Origin: an uncultured bacterium
GTDB lineage: Bacteria > Patescibacteriota > Minisyncoccia > Phycocordibacterales > UBA9973
Assembly: GCA_937903035.1 (NCBI GenBank)
Contig: CALCZP010000004.1
Span: 84,465-148,464 of the forward strand
DNA: 64,000 bases
Reading direction: 5' to 3'
Shown: piece after piece, positions 42,380 to 51,733 of the stretch
Position numbering within the stretch: position 1 is the first letter of the stretch
How the letters are laid out: every line of letters starts with the position of its first letter
Program-made: the position numbers and the translations under genes
Notes under the pieces: generated by a model
The model's database searches: none
The model's input: the letters and a program-made list of their open reading frames with translations, nothing else
Told to the model about the DNA's origin: nothing

Positions 42380-44638
42380 TTATAATTTTTTAGCTTTAAT
42401 ACGAAGTGAATTTGATACAACCGACACCGACGACATGGCCATAGCAAAGCCTGCGAAAATTGGGTTTAATAACCAACCAAAGATTGGATAGAACAAACCA
42501 GCGGCAAGTGGAATACCAATAATGTTGTAGATAAAAGCCCAGAAGAGATTTTGTTTAATTCCTCGCATAGTTATTTTCGAAAGCTTAATAGCTTTTACAA
42601 GTTTTGAGATATCACCATGGAGAAGTGTTATACCGGCTGATTCTATTGCCACATCAGTTCCAGTGCCCATGGCGATACCAACATTAGCTTGAGCAAGTGC
42701 AGGTGCATCGTTCACACCGTCACCAGCCATGGCCACGATTTTACCTTGCGCTTGCAACGCCTTGATTTTGTCCATCTTATCCTGTGGCAAAACATGAGCA
42801 ATCACTTCATCTATACCAACCTGCGAAGCTATGTATTTTGCAGCTTTCTCATCATCGCCAGTAAGCATAACCACTTTTATACCGAGCTTGTGCAAACTCG
42901 CTACTGCATCTTTTGACTCTTTCTTCACTTCATCTGCGACCATAACAAATCCGAGAAAGTTGTCTTCGGTACTTATAAGAACAGGTGTCTTACCTTCCGA
43001 GGTATACTGTTCTAATTGATTTCGGTCAAAAGAAATCTTAAGTTCACCCATTAATTGAGCATTGCCAATAAAATATTCTGTGCCATCAACAATACCCTTG
43101 AGACCTTTACCTTGAATGATTGAGAAGCTTGATGTATTTGATAGAGATATATTTTTACTCTGAGCATATTGTGTGACAGCGTGTGCAATCGGGTGCTCAG
43201 ACTTACTTTCAAGTGTTGCAATAATGCGAATGAAATCATCGTCACTCAACTTCGATTTATTATGAATATTAACAACTGTTGGTTTGCCGATCGTAATGGT
43301 ACCTGTCTTGTCTACCACCACAGTATCTACCTTATGCAAGTGTTCCAGAGATGCCGCGTCCTTAATAAGGATTCCGTTGCGGGCGCCCTTGCCTACACCA
43401 ACAATAATGGCGGTAGGAGTTGCAAGACCAAGAGCACAGGGACAAGCAATGACGAGGATGCTCACAAAGGACAAAATACCCAGAGACATTGATTGTGAAA
43501 AACCGATGAATTGAGATCCGATTGTAAGCCAAATGATGAGGGAGACAAAAGCAATTATGAGTACGATTGGCACAAATATACCCGATATTTTATCTGCAAG
43601 AGCCTCAATCGGTGCTTTACTACCCTGTGCATCTTCAACCATTTTTATAATTTGAGACAACAGAGTTTCTTTACCAACCTTTTTAGCTTCAAATATAAAT
43701 GAGCCACTGGTATTGATCGTTCCAGCAACAACACTATCACCAATCTTTTTTTCAACGGCAATCGGTTCACCGGTGACCATTGATTCATCGACAAATGAAC
43801 TGCCTTCGAGAACTAGTCCATCAACTGGTATTTTACTACCTGGCTTTATAATAATTCTGTCACCATGAACAACTTCATCAATTTTTACTTCCACCTCCTT
43901 GCCATTACGAATAACTAAAGCTGTTTTTGCTTGAAGATTTAGTAATTTTTCAATAGCATCTCCAGTTTTCTTCTTTGACCGTGCCTCTAGATATTTCCCT
44001 AATGTTATAAAACCGATAACAACAATTGTTACATCGAAATAGGTATACTCAGGAACGCGCAATAAAGTCCCTAAGGAAGGCAAAAGTGTTATAAGAATAC
44101 TGTAAGTGTATGCAACAAGCGTACCGAGACCGATGAGGGTGTCCATATTCGCAACACGATGTCTTATGAATCTTGTTACGCCGAGCAAATACGGCTTGCC
44201 AACCCAGAATAAAGCTACGGTCGCCACAACCATTGAAATAGTATTGAAAAGTGCCATCGGAATTGGCAAATTTGGCATCCATGCAGTTGTTCGAGCAAGA
44301 ATGTCCCACATCATAAGAGCAAACACCGTGATTGTGACTGGAATAATAAACGAAGTCTTATTTCTAAGTTCATCCAGTTCATCTGCTTTCATGAGAGCAT
44401 GATCATGACCACTCTTTGCCTGATTATTTTCCGAGACAAAAGAGTATCCAAGCTTACTTATCTCATCATTCATTGAGTCAATTGATGTATGAGCATCATC
44501 ATAGTCGATCTTAGCTTTTTCATTTCCATAATTTACCGAGACCGATTTAACATGAGGCATTGCACTGAGCTTCTTGGTAATGATTGAAGCACAACTAGCA
44601 CAATGCATCCCTTTAACTTTTAAAATTTGTGTAGTCAT
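42380..44638 (-). CDS. copA: Cu(I)-translocating P1B-type ATPase
   Basis: [39 protein letters not shown] and MAMSS. Confidence 0.95.
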   Translation of the reverse strand: MTTQILKVKGMHCASCASIITKKLSAMPHVKSVSVNYGNEKAKIDYDDAHTSIDSMNDEISKLGYSFVSENNQAKSGHDHALMKADELDELRNKTSFIIPVTITVFALMMWDILARTTAWMPNLPIPMALFNTISMVVATVALFWVGKPYLLGVTRFIRHRVANMDTLIGLGTLVAYTYSILITLLPSLGTLLRVPEYTYFDVTIVVIGFITLGKYLEARSKKKTGDAIEKLLNLQAKTALVIRNGKEVEVKIDEVVHGDRIIIKPGSKIPVDGLVLEGSSFVDESMVTGEPIAVEKKIGDSVVAGTINTSGSFIFEAKKVGKETLLSQIIKMVEDAQGSKAPIEALADKISGIFVPIVLIIAFVSLIIWLTIGSQFIGFSQSMSLGILSFVSILVIACPCALGLATPTAIIVGVGKGARNGILIKDAASLEHLHKVDTVVVDKTGTITIGKPTVVNIHNKSKLSDDDFIRIIATLESKSEHPIAHAVTQYAQSKNISLSNTSSFSIIQGKGLKGIVDGTEYFIGNAQLMGELKISFDRNQLEQYTSEGKTPVLISTEDNFLGFVMVADEVKKESKDAVASLHKLGIKVVMLTGDDEKAAKYIASQVGIDEVIAHVLPQDKMDKIKALQAQGKIVAMAGDGVNDAPALAQANVGIAMGTGTDVAIESAGITLLHGDISKLVKAIKLSKITMRGIKQNLFWAFIYNIIGIPLAAGLFYPIFGWLLNPIFAGFAMAMSSVSVVSNSLRIKAKKL

Positions 44639-44643
44639 GGTTA

Positions 44644-45204
44644 TTAAATGTTATACCAAGTAGTTCTTAGACCTTTAAGTGTTTCCAGGCCATTTGAAAG
44701 GAACGTCTCAACTGCATTTGCATTATCCAATACCTGTGCCCGACTAGATTTTAGTCGTGTCTCTTTTGTCATAACAATACCAGCCTCATGATGAGCTATA
44801 ATCGCATTAAGGAAACGTAAATCAAATGTGTCTCCTGTAGGACCAAGATTTGCCACAATTGGATCTCTCACACCTTTTGTATCTCCATACCAATCCTTTT
44901 TCCATGAATACAGTTCAGCGATAGCTTTTGGCTCATCTGCAAGAATATTCTGTGCTAAGGTCTTCATCTCCGGACGAGTAGTATTTTTAGCCAACTGTTC
45001 CGCAAGAAGCATTGCACCCCTATGATGAGAAATCATGGCGTTTACATATCGAAGATCAAAAGTTCTGTCCGCTTGGCCAAGACTCATGGTATTTTTATCA
45101 TACATCGATACTTTATAGTCAGGAGTTATATAATATCCAAAAGCAGCGCCCAATATTACACCAACAACTACTAAACCTAATGTTAAATATATTGATATCT
45201 TCAT
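44644..45204 (-). CDS. DUF305 (CopM-like) metal-binding protein
   Basis: Duplicated FD.R...A.I.HH.GA/AG motif; N-terminal TM. Confidence 0.88.
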   Translation of the reverse strand: MKISIYLTLGLVVVGVILGAAFGYYITPDYKVSMYDKNTMSLGQADRTFDLRYVNAMISHHRGAMLLAEQLAKNTTRPEMKTLAQNILADEPKAIAELYSWKKDWYGDTKGVRDPIVANLGPTGDTFDLRFLNAIIAHHEAGIVMTKETRLKSSRAQVLDNANAVETFLSNGLETLKGLRTTWYNI

Positions 45205-45205
45205 A

Positions 45206-45481
45206 TTATTTTCTTTTTAATTTATAAACCTTGAGAACTTCACCTTTGGCTTTATCTACTTGACCAGAAGACATTTGATGATGAACACAATGACCTAAAT
45301 GATTCTCCATTAATATATCCTCGACAGAAGACAAGCTTTGTTTAACCGCAGATGTTTGTGTGATTACATCAATGCAGTAAGTGTCATTCTCGACTAATTT
45401 TTGTAAACCGCGAACCTGCCCCTCAATACGTTTGAGTTGCTTAATAATTTTCTCTTTTCCTTTTTCATCTATATACTTCAT
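45206..45481 (-). CDS. csoR: CsoR/RcnR-family metal-sensing repressor
   Basis: LKRIEGQVRGL, YCIDV, HLGHC (C-H-C ligand set). Confidence 0.92.
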   Translation of the reverse strand: MKYIDEKGKEKIIKQLKRIEGQVRGLQKLVENDTYCIDVITQTSAVKQSLSSVEDILMENHLGHCVHHQMSSGQVDKAKGEVLKVYKLKRK

Positions 45482-45489
45482 ATACAAAG

Positions 45490-45518
45490 AGTATATACCC
45501 CCTAGGGGTATATGTCAA
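45490..45518 (-). promoter_or_regulatory. copper-operon promoter with CsoR operator in the spacer
   Basis: Minus strand TTGACA-17 nt-TATACT; inverted repeat ATATACCCC-cta-GGGGTATAT (45493-45513) is the G/C-tract operator type known for CsoR. Confidence 0.85.
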
Positions 45519-45560
45519 ATACATCAGTTAAATCAGGGGGGTGATATTGATAGTGTGAAT

Positions 45561-46925
45561 TTATATTCCGAAACTTTGAAGTTTGTTTTCTGGAGGTTTG
45601 TGCGTTCCATTCTTTATTGCTTCGGAAACTTTTCTGTATTCATCACCAAATTTCTTTCCAATCTTTTCAAACTCCGAAGGCTTCAGTTCTTTTGGACGAT
45701 TATATCGATACCAGCATCTGTATCGTATTGGCAGATCAGGATAATCTTTCATATTCACATAGGCGATATTCTCTATCTTTTCTGGTGGCTTATATTTATT
45801 CGCATTTGCAGGATTTTTTAGAATCATCATTTCTTTGAATGCCTCCTCGACATGCTTCCATGGTTGAGAGTTGTATCCATCTTCATCATCCAAGCTCATA
45901 CTGAAATCGCAATGACCATCATCTTGCCCAGGTATATACCAAATCTGTCCGTGTGCCCACATTGGAGCTGATATCTCAAAATCCGAAGCCTTGTCTCCTC
46001 CAGGATGTATTGACTCATCGTGTTTTTCTTCCATGTAGTAGTCGACGGATACAGTCGACATATCGAGCAAGTATTCGCGAGAAAAAATTGTATATAAACC
46101 GAATCTATCTGTGCCCGGAACACTCTTTTCCAAATCCTTGATTGATTTTGCGTCAGGATACCTTTGAGGCCAAAGTATTCGGTTACGATCGTCCAGAAGT
46201 GGATACGCTTTGAATAAGCCTGGCATTTCCCCATGCTTTATTCCTTTGTACAAAGTGATCATTATTGAACTTGGATGAAGCAGGTTTCCTAGAACAACAA
46301 TGTTTGTCTTCTCACTTCCGATAGACCAAATCTCTCCCATAAACCAATCATGAAAGAGACGTATCTGTTTGCCATCTTGGAATGATGTCATATCTTCCAT
46401 GTCATCACAGATGATGAGATCGGGACGATGATTGCGATACTTTAGTCCACGAATATTCTGTAACGCTCCGATGCACATGATTTTTGCTCCGTATTTCGGT
46501 ATCTCAATTGTAAACGCACCCCAATCTTCCTTGCTCGCTTGGAATGGACCAAGATCGTTTTTCAATAGCTCGTTCTCTTCAAGTTCTTGTTTGATGCTGT
46601 TGAAATGAGACTGTGACTGAACTCTGGTTTTAGACATGATTACTATAAACTTTTTCTGATGTTTTCCAAGAATACTCCACAGAGCATTAGAGAGGTTCAG
46701 AATGGTCGATTTTCCTGAACCTCGAAATGCCATGAACACGTTGAGCTTGTGTTGGTATTCTTCTGTAATGCGGAACATCTCCTTATGGAACCATGCGAAC
46801 TCGTACGTGATATGTCTCTGAAGATAGATACGGCAAAATGCCTCGTGATTTTCATATACGAGTGCTTTTCGTACGGCAACATCATTGATGATTGCCTGTT
46901 TAAGTTCAGGAGACAATTCTTTCAT
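45561..46925 (-). CDS. terminase large subunit-like ATPase with atypical C-terminus
   Basis: Walker A AFRGSGKST, IRGLKY..HRPDLIICDDMED (Walker B), GNLLH, LWPQRY, FSREY. Confidence 0.8.
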   Translation of the reverse strand: MKELSPELKQAIINDVAVRKALVYENHEAFCRIYLQRHITYEFAWFHKEMFRITEEYQHKLNVFMAFRGSGKSTILNLSNALWSILGKHQKKFIVIMSKTRVQSQSHFNSIKQELEENELLKNDLGPFQASKEDWGAFTIEIPKYGAKIMCIGALQNIRGLKYRNHRPDLIICDDMEDMTSFQDGKQIRLFHDWFMGEIWSIGSEKTNIVVLGNLLHPSSIMITLYKGIKHGEMPGLFKAYPLLDDRNRILWPQRYPDAKSIKDLEKSVPGTDRFGLYTIFSREYLLDMSTVSVDYYMEEKHDESIHPGGDKASDFEISAPMWAHGQIWYIPGQDDGHCDFSMSLDDEDGYNSQPWKHVEEAFKEMMILKNPANANKYKPPEKIENIAYVNMKDYPDLPIRYRCWYRYNRPKELKPSEFEKIGKKFGDEYRKVSEAIKNGTHKPPENKLQSFGI

Positions 46926-46927
46926 GG

Positions 46928-47314
46928 CTACTTAAAGTGAGATAGGGCCTCTTCGAGGAGTTCCTTTTGGTGCTGGTTAAGTTCGACTTTTTTCTGAGCA
47001 CGAATAAACATATCTTTCTTCTCCTCAGACATGTATGCTTTATGTCTGTTTCTGAGCCAGAATGCCACTGCTTGAAATTTCTTCTCTTTCAAGAGGGCGA
47101 CGAGCTGACTTTCAGATAGATCGTTTATATACTCCACACCATCGATCCTTGCGTTTTCAACATCGGTCTTGAAGTCATCGCTTTCTTCACACCAGCGGTA
47201 GAAAGTAGCTCTTGATATCCCGACTTTGGCACAAGCATGACTTGTGATTGGGACGGCACGTAGTTGTTCAAGCAGAAGTTCTTTCTGCTTCTTTATTGTT
47301 TTTACAGTAGCCAT
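46928..47314 (-). CDS. HTH protein, putative terminase small subunit
   Basis: ACAKVGISRATFYRW HTH, DLSESQL, AVAFWL; directly upstream of the TerL-like gene. Confidence 0.75.
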   Translation of the reverse strand: MATVKTIKKQKELLLEQLRAVPITSHACAKVGISRATFYRWCEESDDFKTDVENARIDGVEYINDLSESQLVALLKEKKFQAVAFWLRNRHKAYMSEEKKDMFIRAQKKVELNQHQKELLEEALSHFK

Positions 47315-47315
47315 A

Positions 47316-48638
47316 TTAGTTGATCTTCTTACGCTTTTTACCAGTCTCTTTCTCCCAGCGACGCATAATGACTTCGGCATAAACGTGTGATTTCTCCATA
47401 ACAAAGCATCTTCGACCCATCTTTATCGAAGCGATGAGAGTTGAACCAGAACCACCGAATGGCTCAAGGATGAGATTGTCTCTTTTGGTCAAAACTTTGA
47501 TGTATGGAATGAGAAGCTCAATCGGTTTTGTCCCGAAGATTATCTCTTGCCCTGATGATTTCTTATCTGCGGCTGGATGAGCAATGAAATCGGTAGGACA
47601 AATTTTCTTTCCTTTCTCATACTGCTCCCAGTGAGGTTTTCCTGCTGTGGCAAAGAGAGCATTCTCATACTCATTCTGAAAAATCGCATCTTCTTCTACT
47701 AGATTAAGAGGTGTGCTACCAGAGTTTCCAACCAAAGCGATATCTGTCTTGTTGAAGAATTTGTACTTAGACGAAAATCCCTGCATACGATTCGACACAT
47801 GCCACGTGATGGTGTTTCTATACTTCCAATGCTTCTCAAGAGCAGTCCAAATCGTCTTTAGATTTTTTGGATTCTCAAAGATGATGATTGAGAAGTCGGG
47901 CTTTTGCACTTTAGCAACATTTGCCATCCATAGATCCGAGAAGTTGTCCGGCAATACATCAGTCTCAAGATAGCGACGATTCTTCTTTGCTCCGAATCCA
48001 ACAGTTGGACCATCTTTACCTCGACCTTTTCCTTTGAGGTAATTAAGAATATATGGCGGGTCAGTGAGAACCATATCAGCTTTGTTTTCACCCATGAGTT
48101 TAATCATGTCAGCCTCAACAGTAGAGTCACCAATCATGATTCGAGAACCATCGAGGTCGTACACATCTCCTTTCTTTGCTTTGACTGTGATATCTAGCTT
48201 GTCGAGTTCCTTTTGGAGATCAAACTGTTCCTCATTTATTTCCGCAGGAAAAATATCGTCGATTTCCTCTGAGCTAAAACCGATATCTGTGAGAAGTGAC
48301 TCATCGAATTCAGCGAGGAGATCAAGATCAAACTCTCCTTGGTTTTTATTGAGTCGCAGGTTGAGTTCAGACTCCTTTTCAGGTGTGAGATTAACAAATA
48401 CGACAGGCATATTCTTGTACCCAAGCTCTTTGCAGACTTCAAGTCTGAAGTGACCGCCAACCACAACGTTCTTTCGGTCGGGATGGGAATTAACGATAAT
48501 GGGATCGACGTTGCCAAACCTCTTGATGCTCTCCGTGAGACTCTTCTTTTGTTCATCGCTCCACTTGCGTGGGTTCTTGTCGTTTGCGACAAGGCTGTCG
48601 ATTGAGATGTACTCAATCTTTAGATTTTCTTTATGCAT
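47316..48638 (-). CDS. ParB/Srx N-terminal domain fused to beta-class DNA methyltransferase
   Basis: NPRK..SI.RFG.VDPIIVN..GGHFR (ParB); TDPPY, TKP, EPFGGSGST (N6/N4 MTase). Confidence 0.9.
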   Translation of the reverse strand: MHKENLKIEYISIDSLVANDKNPRKWSDEQKKSLTESIKRFGNVDPIIVNSHPDRKNVVVGGHFRLEVCKELGYKNMPVVFVNLTPEKESELNLRLNKNQGEFDLDLLAEFDESLLTDIGFSSEEIDDIFPAEINEEQFDLQKELDKLDITVKAKKGDVYDLDGSRIMIGDSTVEADMIKLMGENKADMVLTDPPYILNYLKGKGRGKDGPTVGFGAKKNRRYLETDVLPDNFSDLWMANVAKVQKPDFSIIIFENPKNLKTIWTALEKHWKYRNTITWHVSNRMQGFSSKYKFFNKTDIALVGNSGSTPLNLVEEDAIFQNEYENALFATAGKPHWEQYEKGKKICPTDFIAHPAADKKSSGQEIIFGTKPIELLIPYIKVLTKRDNLILEPFGGSGSTLIASIKMGRRCFVMEKSHVYAEVIMRRWEKETGKKRKKIN

Positions 48639-48642
48639 ATAC

Positions 48643-48930
48643 TTTGCTTTTTAATTAATTTCTAAAAAGCAAAAGACCATCTTTATCGTTAAGTTTCCTT
48701 AACTGCAAAGATGGTCTTTCGAGAAGCGGTGCACGACTCAAAAAACACTCTTAACTTTACAGTTAAAAGAAATTTCTTTGAGCAGTGTAGGAATATAACC
48801 TTCAGCATTTCCTACCTTAGTAGGGGTCTGCGAATCTATATCCAGCCGCTGTGAAGAATGATTGAAAGTGTAGAGAGTTCCTCCTAGTAGGAGGGTTTTC
48901 CCAGCCGTCAATCCGATATGAGGATGTCAA
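48643..48930 (-). ncRNA. putative highly structured leader/ncRNA
   Basis: At least six stems; GAAA and GUAA tetraloops on the minus strand; no ORF. Confidence 0.5.
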
Positions 48931-49020
48931 TTGCTCTGAAAGTATTATCTACCTAACTAAACAAAAATACAAGACGATGTTTAGTTAAAGAATACATGAA
49001 AACCCTTTTTTAATTTGTCC

Positions 49021-49959
49021 TTATACTAAAAGGCTTTTCTTAAGTTCGGTCATTACAAAATCCTTAAATATAAGACAGTTATCCACAACTTGCTTAAGTA
49101 TGTATTCTTGTTCCTCAAACTCTTTTTCGAAAGAAACAGGTTCTACCTCCAATCTAAAACTTACTGATTTACCAGTCATGACCAATTCCATATTTGGAGG
49201 TAGCTTATTATAGTCTTGAAGTAATTCTTCATATTGAGAAGCCATGCCACTTAACTCAAGATCAACATATCCTTTCTCCATCTTATGAATAAGGCGTGTA
49301 TTTTTTAAAAGCCAGAAGGGACTGAAATACACAAAAGAAGATGCTGTCGGCTTTACTTTAGGTTGAGGCATATTTAATTCCTGTAATGTGCCTGATATAT
49401 ACAAATAATATTTCTTCCAAAACTCTGTAACAACCTCATCCTTTATAGCTTGATATCCTCTTCGTTCTTGTTCAATCGCAAGACGAAGAATTTCTGATTT
49501 GTACCATGATCGTAAAGAGGCGTCTTTAGAAAACCAAGTAAGTATTTCCTCATAAGAAACAGAGTACTCAAACTCACTTTTATTATCAATATAAGCCTTA
49601 GGAGCAACAAGAATGACCGCGGTCTCAATATTAGGTCCAGCAAGAAGTTCTGCACGCTTCATGTATCGATCATACTGAGCATCTTGAAACATAGCGTCAA
49701 CTTTGTTTTCAATTAGAAGAAACAATTTCTTTTGATTAAAAACAAATTCAGCTTGAATGTCAGTCTCTCCGAGCCCTGCGGTTGTCACACTTCGATATGC
49801 TTTTGAGAATATAAACTCTGGCTTACCAACAACTTTTAAAAATAACTTTTCTAAGCCTGTATTTGCATATAGTTCTTCTAATATCAATAAATCAATATCT
49901 CGTTCACGCACGGATTCGACTATCGGGAATGTTGCACCATTATTTTGAATTGCCTCCAT
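49021..49959 (-). CDS. PD-(D/E)XK nuclease family protein
   Basis: ERDIDLL, GETDI, LLIENKV.A.FQ..Q..RY. Confidence 0.82.
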   Translation of the reverse strand: MEAIQNNGATFPIVESVRERDIDLLILEELYANTGLEKLFLKVVGKPEFIFSKAYRSVTTAGLGETDIQAEFVFNQKKLFLLIENKVDAMFQDAQYDRYMKRAELLAGPNIETAVILVAPKAYIDNKSEFEYSVSYEEILTWFSKDASLRSWYKSEILRLAIEQERRGYQAIKDEVVTEFWKKYYLYISGTLQELNMPQPKVKPTASSFVYFSPFWLLKNTRLIHKMEKGYVDLELSGMASQYEELLQDYNKLPPNMELVMTGKSVSFRLEVEPVSFEKEFEEQEYILKQVVDNCLIFKDFVMTELKKSLLV

Positions 49960-49964
49960 AATAG

Positions 49965-50867
49965 TTATTTCCTCCAGAAGATTAGCGACTTAAAGAACCC
50001 TGTGACTCGCTCTGTAAATGTTGGCTTTGGAGCTTCTCCCACTTTCGCAGGCGTAACTGGCTCTTCAACCTCGGTAGTTGTTGAGACCACAGGCTCAATC
50101 ACTTTTAGTGTCTCGACCTTTGGTTTCTGTTCAGCTTTTGGAGTAGGTTTAATTTCAGAAGCAGGAGTATTAACAACAACCTCTTTTACCTCCTCAATGA
50201 CTGGAGGGGTTGTTGTAGCTTTCTGTGATTTTTTAGCAAAGAAGTCAGGATACTTAGCTCGATAGAGTTGCTCAACTTTGTAAGCGTTCACTGGATTCAT
50301 TTTCTGAAGCAGTTTGAACTGAGCCACCTCTTGATCATCGGGGAGCGATTCAAGCCAATCGAAATATTCTCCGATGGTTATCTGCTTTTGTGGAGGCTGG
50401 ATTGCTTGCTCGTATACTTTGGTGTACTTGTCGTATTCGAGTTGCTGAATCTTGAGCTTGAGTTCGGCGATTTCAGCCTCTTTTGCTTTCATATCAATTT
50501 GAGATTGATATGAAGACCTTTGAGATTCTAGGTCAGCAATCTGTTTGGAGTACTTGGTATCAATTTCAGAAAGCTCCGCCTTGATTTGCTCCGTCAGACC
50601 ATAGGTGCCAGTGAGATAGTTTTTCTTGGCATCTCGTTCGTTCTTTAATTCAAGAATTCTGTTATCAATGTTTCCAATTGATGATGCAGAATTATTTTGC
50701 AATTGTGCCTCAAGTGATTTGAGACGATATTCTAAAGCTGACTTTTCCTCCTGCTGTTTGATGGATACATCTGCGGGCAGATAGTTATAGTCGGTTGCGT
50801 GTGCGATGGTTGCTTGGAATACAAATATTCCTAGCACGAACACGCATGTTCGTATGATTTTGTTCAT
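49965..50867 (-). CDS. hypothetical secreted coiled-coil protein with Pro/Thr/Glu-rich tail
   Basis: Signal peptide MNKIIRT...TIAHA; heptad-rich middle; amphipathic C-terminus FFKSLIFWRK. Confidence 0.75.
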   Translation of the reverse strand: MNKIIRTCVFVLGIFVFQATIAHATDYNYLPADVSIKQQEEKSALEYRLKSLEAQLQNNSASSIGNIDNRILELKNERDAKKNYLTGTYGLTEQIKAELSEIDTKYSKQIADLESQRSSYQSQIDMKAKEAEIAELKLKIQQLEYDKYTKVYEQAIQPPQKQITIGEYFDWLESLPDDQEVAQFKLLQKMNPVNAYKVEQLYRAKYPDFFAKKSQKATTTPPVIEEVKEVVVNTPASEIKPTPKAEQKPKVETLKVIEPVVSTTTEVEEPVTPAKVGEAPKPTFTERVTGFFKSLIFWRK

Positions 50868-50872
50868 AAGCC

Positions 50873-51042
50873 ACTGTAGCGGTTTTAGCCTATTAACTGA
50901 TAATAGGCGGAGAATCTTGAGTCTTGCGACTGAAGACTCCTCGCCATTGTGATCCAACCTTTCGGTCAGACCCATATATCCTTTCGGATACACGACCGCT
51001 ACAGTGACTCTGACGAGGAGTCTTCAATACTGTAGCGGTTTT
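50873..51042 (-). ncRNA. c4/CI-like antisense RNA cloverleaf with two flanking target sites
   Basis: 15-bp closing stem (50932-50946/51011-51025), GNRA-capped hairpins, and an 11-nt segment complementary to direct repeats at 50873 and 51029. Confidence 0.65.
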
Positions 51043-51185
51043 GCTATTCCGACCATATCCTAGGAAACTAAGGGTTTTCTAGGGGTTAGGTCTTTGTTGT
51101 ACAAGAACATGATAGCAAATTTTTGGCTATCTTTCTAGACTTTAGCTTACATTTAGGGAGTTGCGAAGCCTGAGTTGTCGACAGT

Positions 51186-51731
51186 CTATTTTGTCTTCTT
51201 TTGCGAACCAAGACCTTTCATTAGATATTCCTTTTCATGACCATGGACCTTGTCCATAACAGCAAGTAAATCCTCAAAAATATTAAAAGCTTCTCGAAGG
51301 TGTTCACTGGCTTTGGTTTGAACTTTACTGTCATAACTTGCCTGATCTTTAATATCTTTCATTTCAGAGTAATCAACTAATTTATATTCTGCTTCAACAT
51401 TGTGCAAAACAAGATTCCTGCTCTTCTTGAATTTACTTATCCTCGAATAAAGTTTTTCATCTAGCACATCCTTGTTTTTCAAAACCAAAAAGATTGCCAT
51501 ACCATCGAAACCAACACGCCCTTTTATATTATGAAGATGGTTAATAAGAGATTGCGCTTCAAAAGAGTTGAAAATCTGTCTCAAGATTGATTCACCAGTA
51601 TTATCAATAATTGAATCAGCACCTGCGAATGCTTGAGCAAAATAACCCTTATTTGCTGGATCAAGCACGAACTTACCCCAATCTATTGAGATACCAGAAT
51701 ATTTACCATCCCATGTGACTCTCGATTCCAT
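51186..51731 (-). CDS. hypothetical helical protein with HEPN-like Rx4H motif
   Basis: RISKFKKSRNLVLH; starts 2 nt after the stop of the 984-aa gene. Confidence 0.6.
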   Translation of the reverse strand: MESRVTWDGKYSGISIDWGKFVLDPANKGYFAQAFAGADSIIDNTGESILRQIFNSFEAQSLINHLHNIKGRVGFDGMAIFLVLKNKDVLDEKLYSRISKFKKSRNLVLHNVEAEYKLVDYSEMKDIKDQASYDSKVQTKASEHLREAFNIFEDLLAVMDKVHGHEKEYLMKGLGSQKKTK

Positions 51732-51733
51732 AA

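Noticed and set aside
50868-50993. N-terminal extension of ORF 49965-50993
   Set aside because: A signal peptide starts at ATG 50867; the upstream part is better explained as the structured antisense RNA
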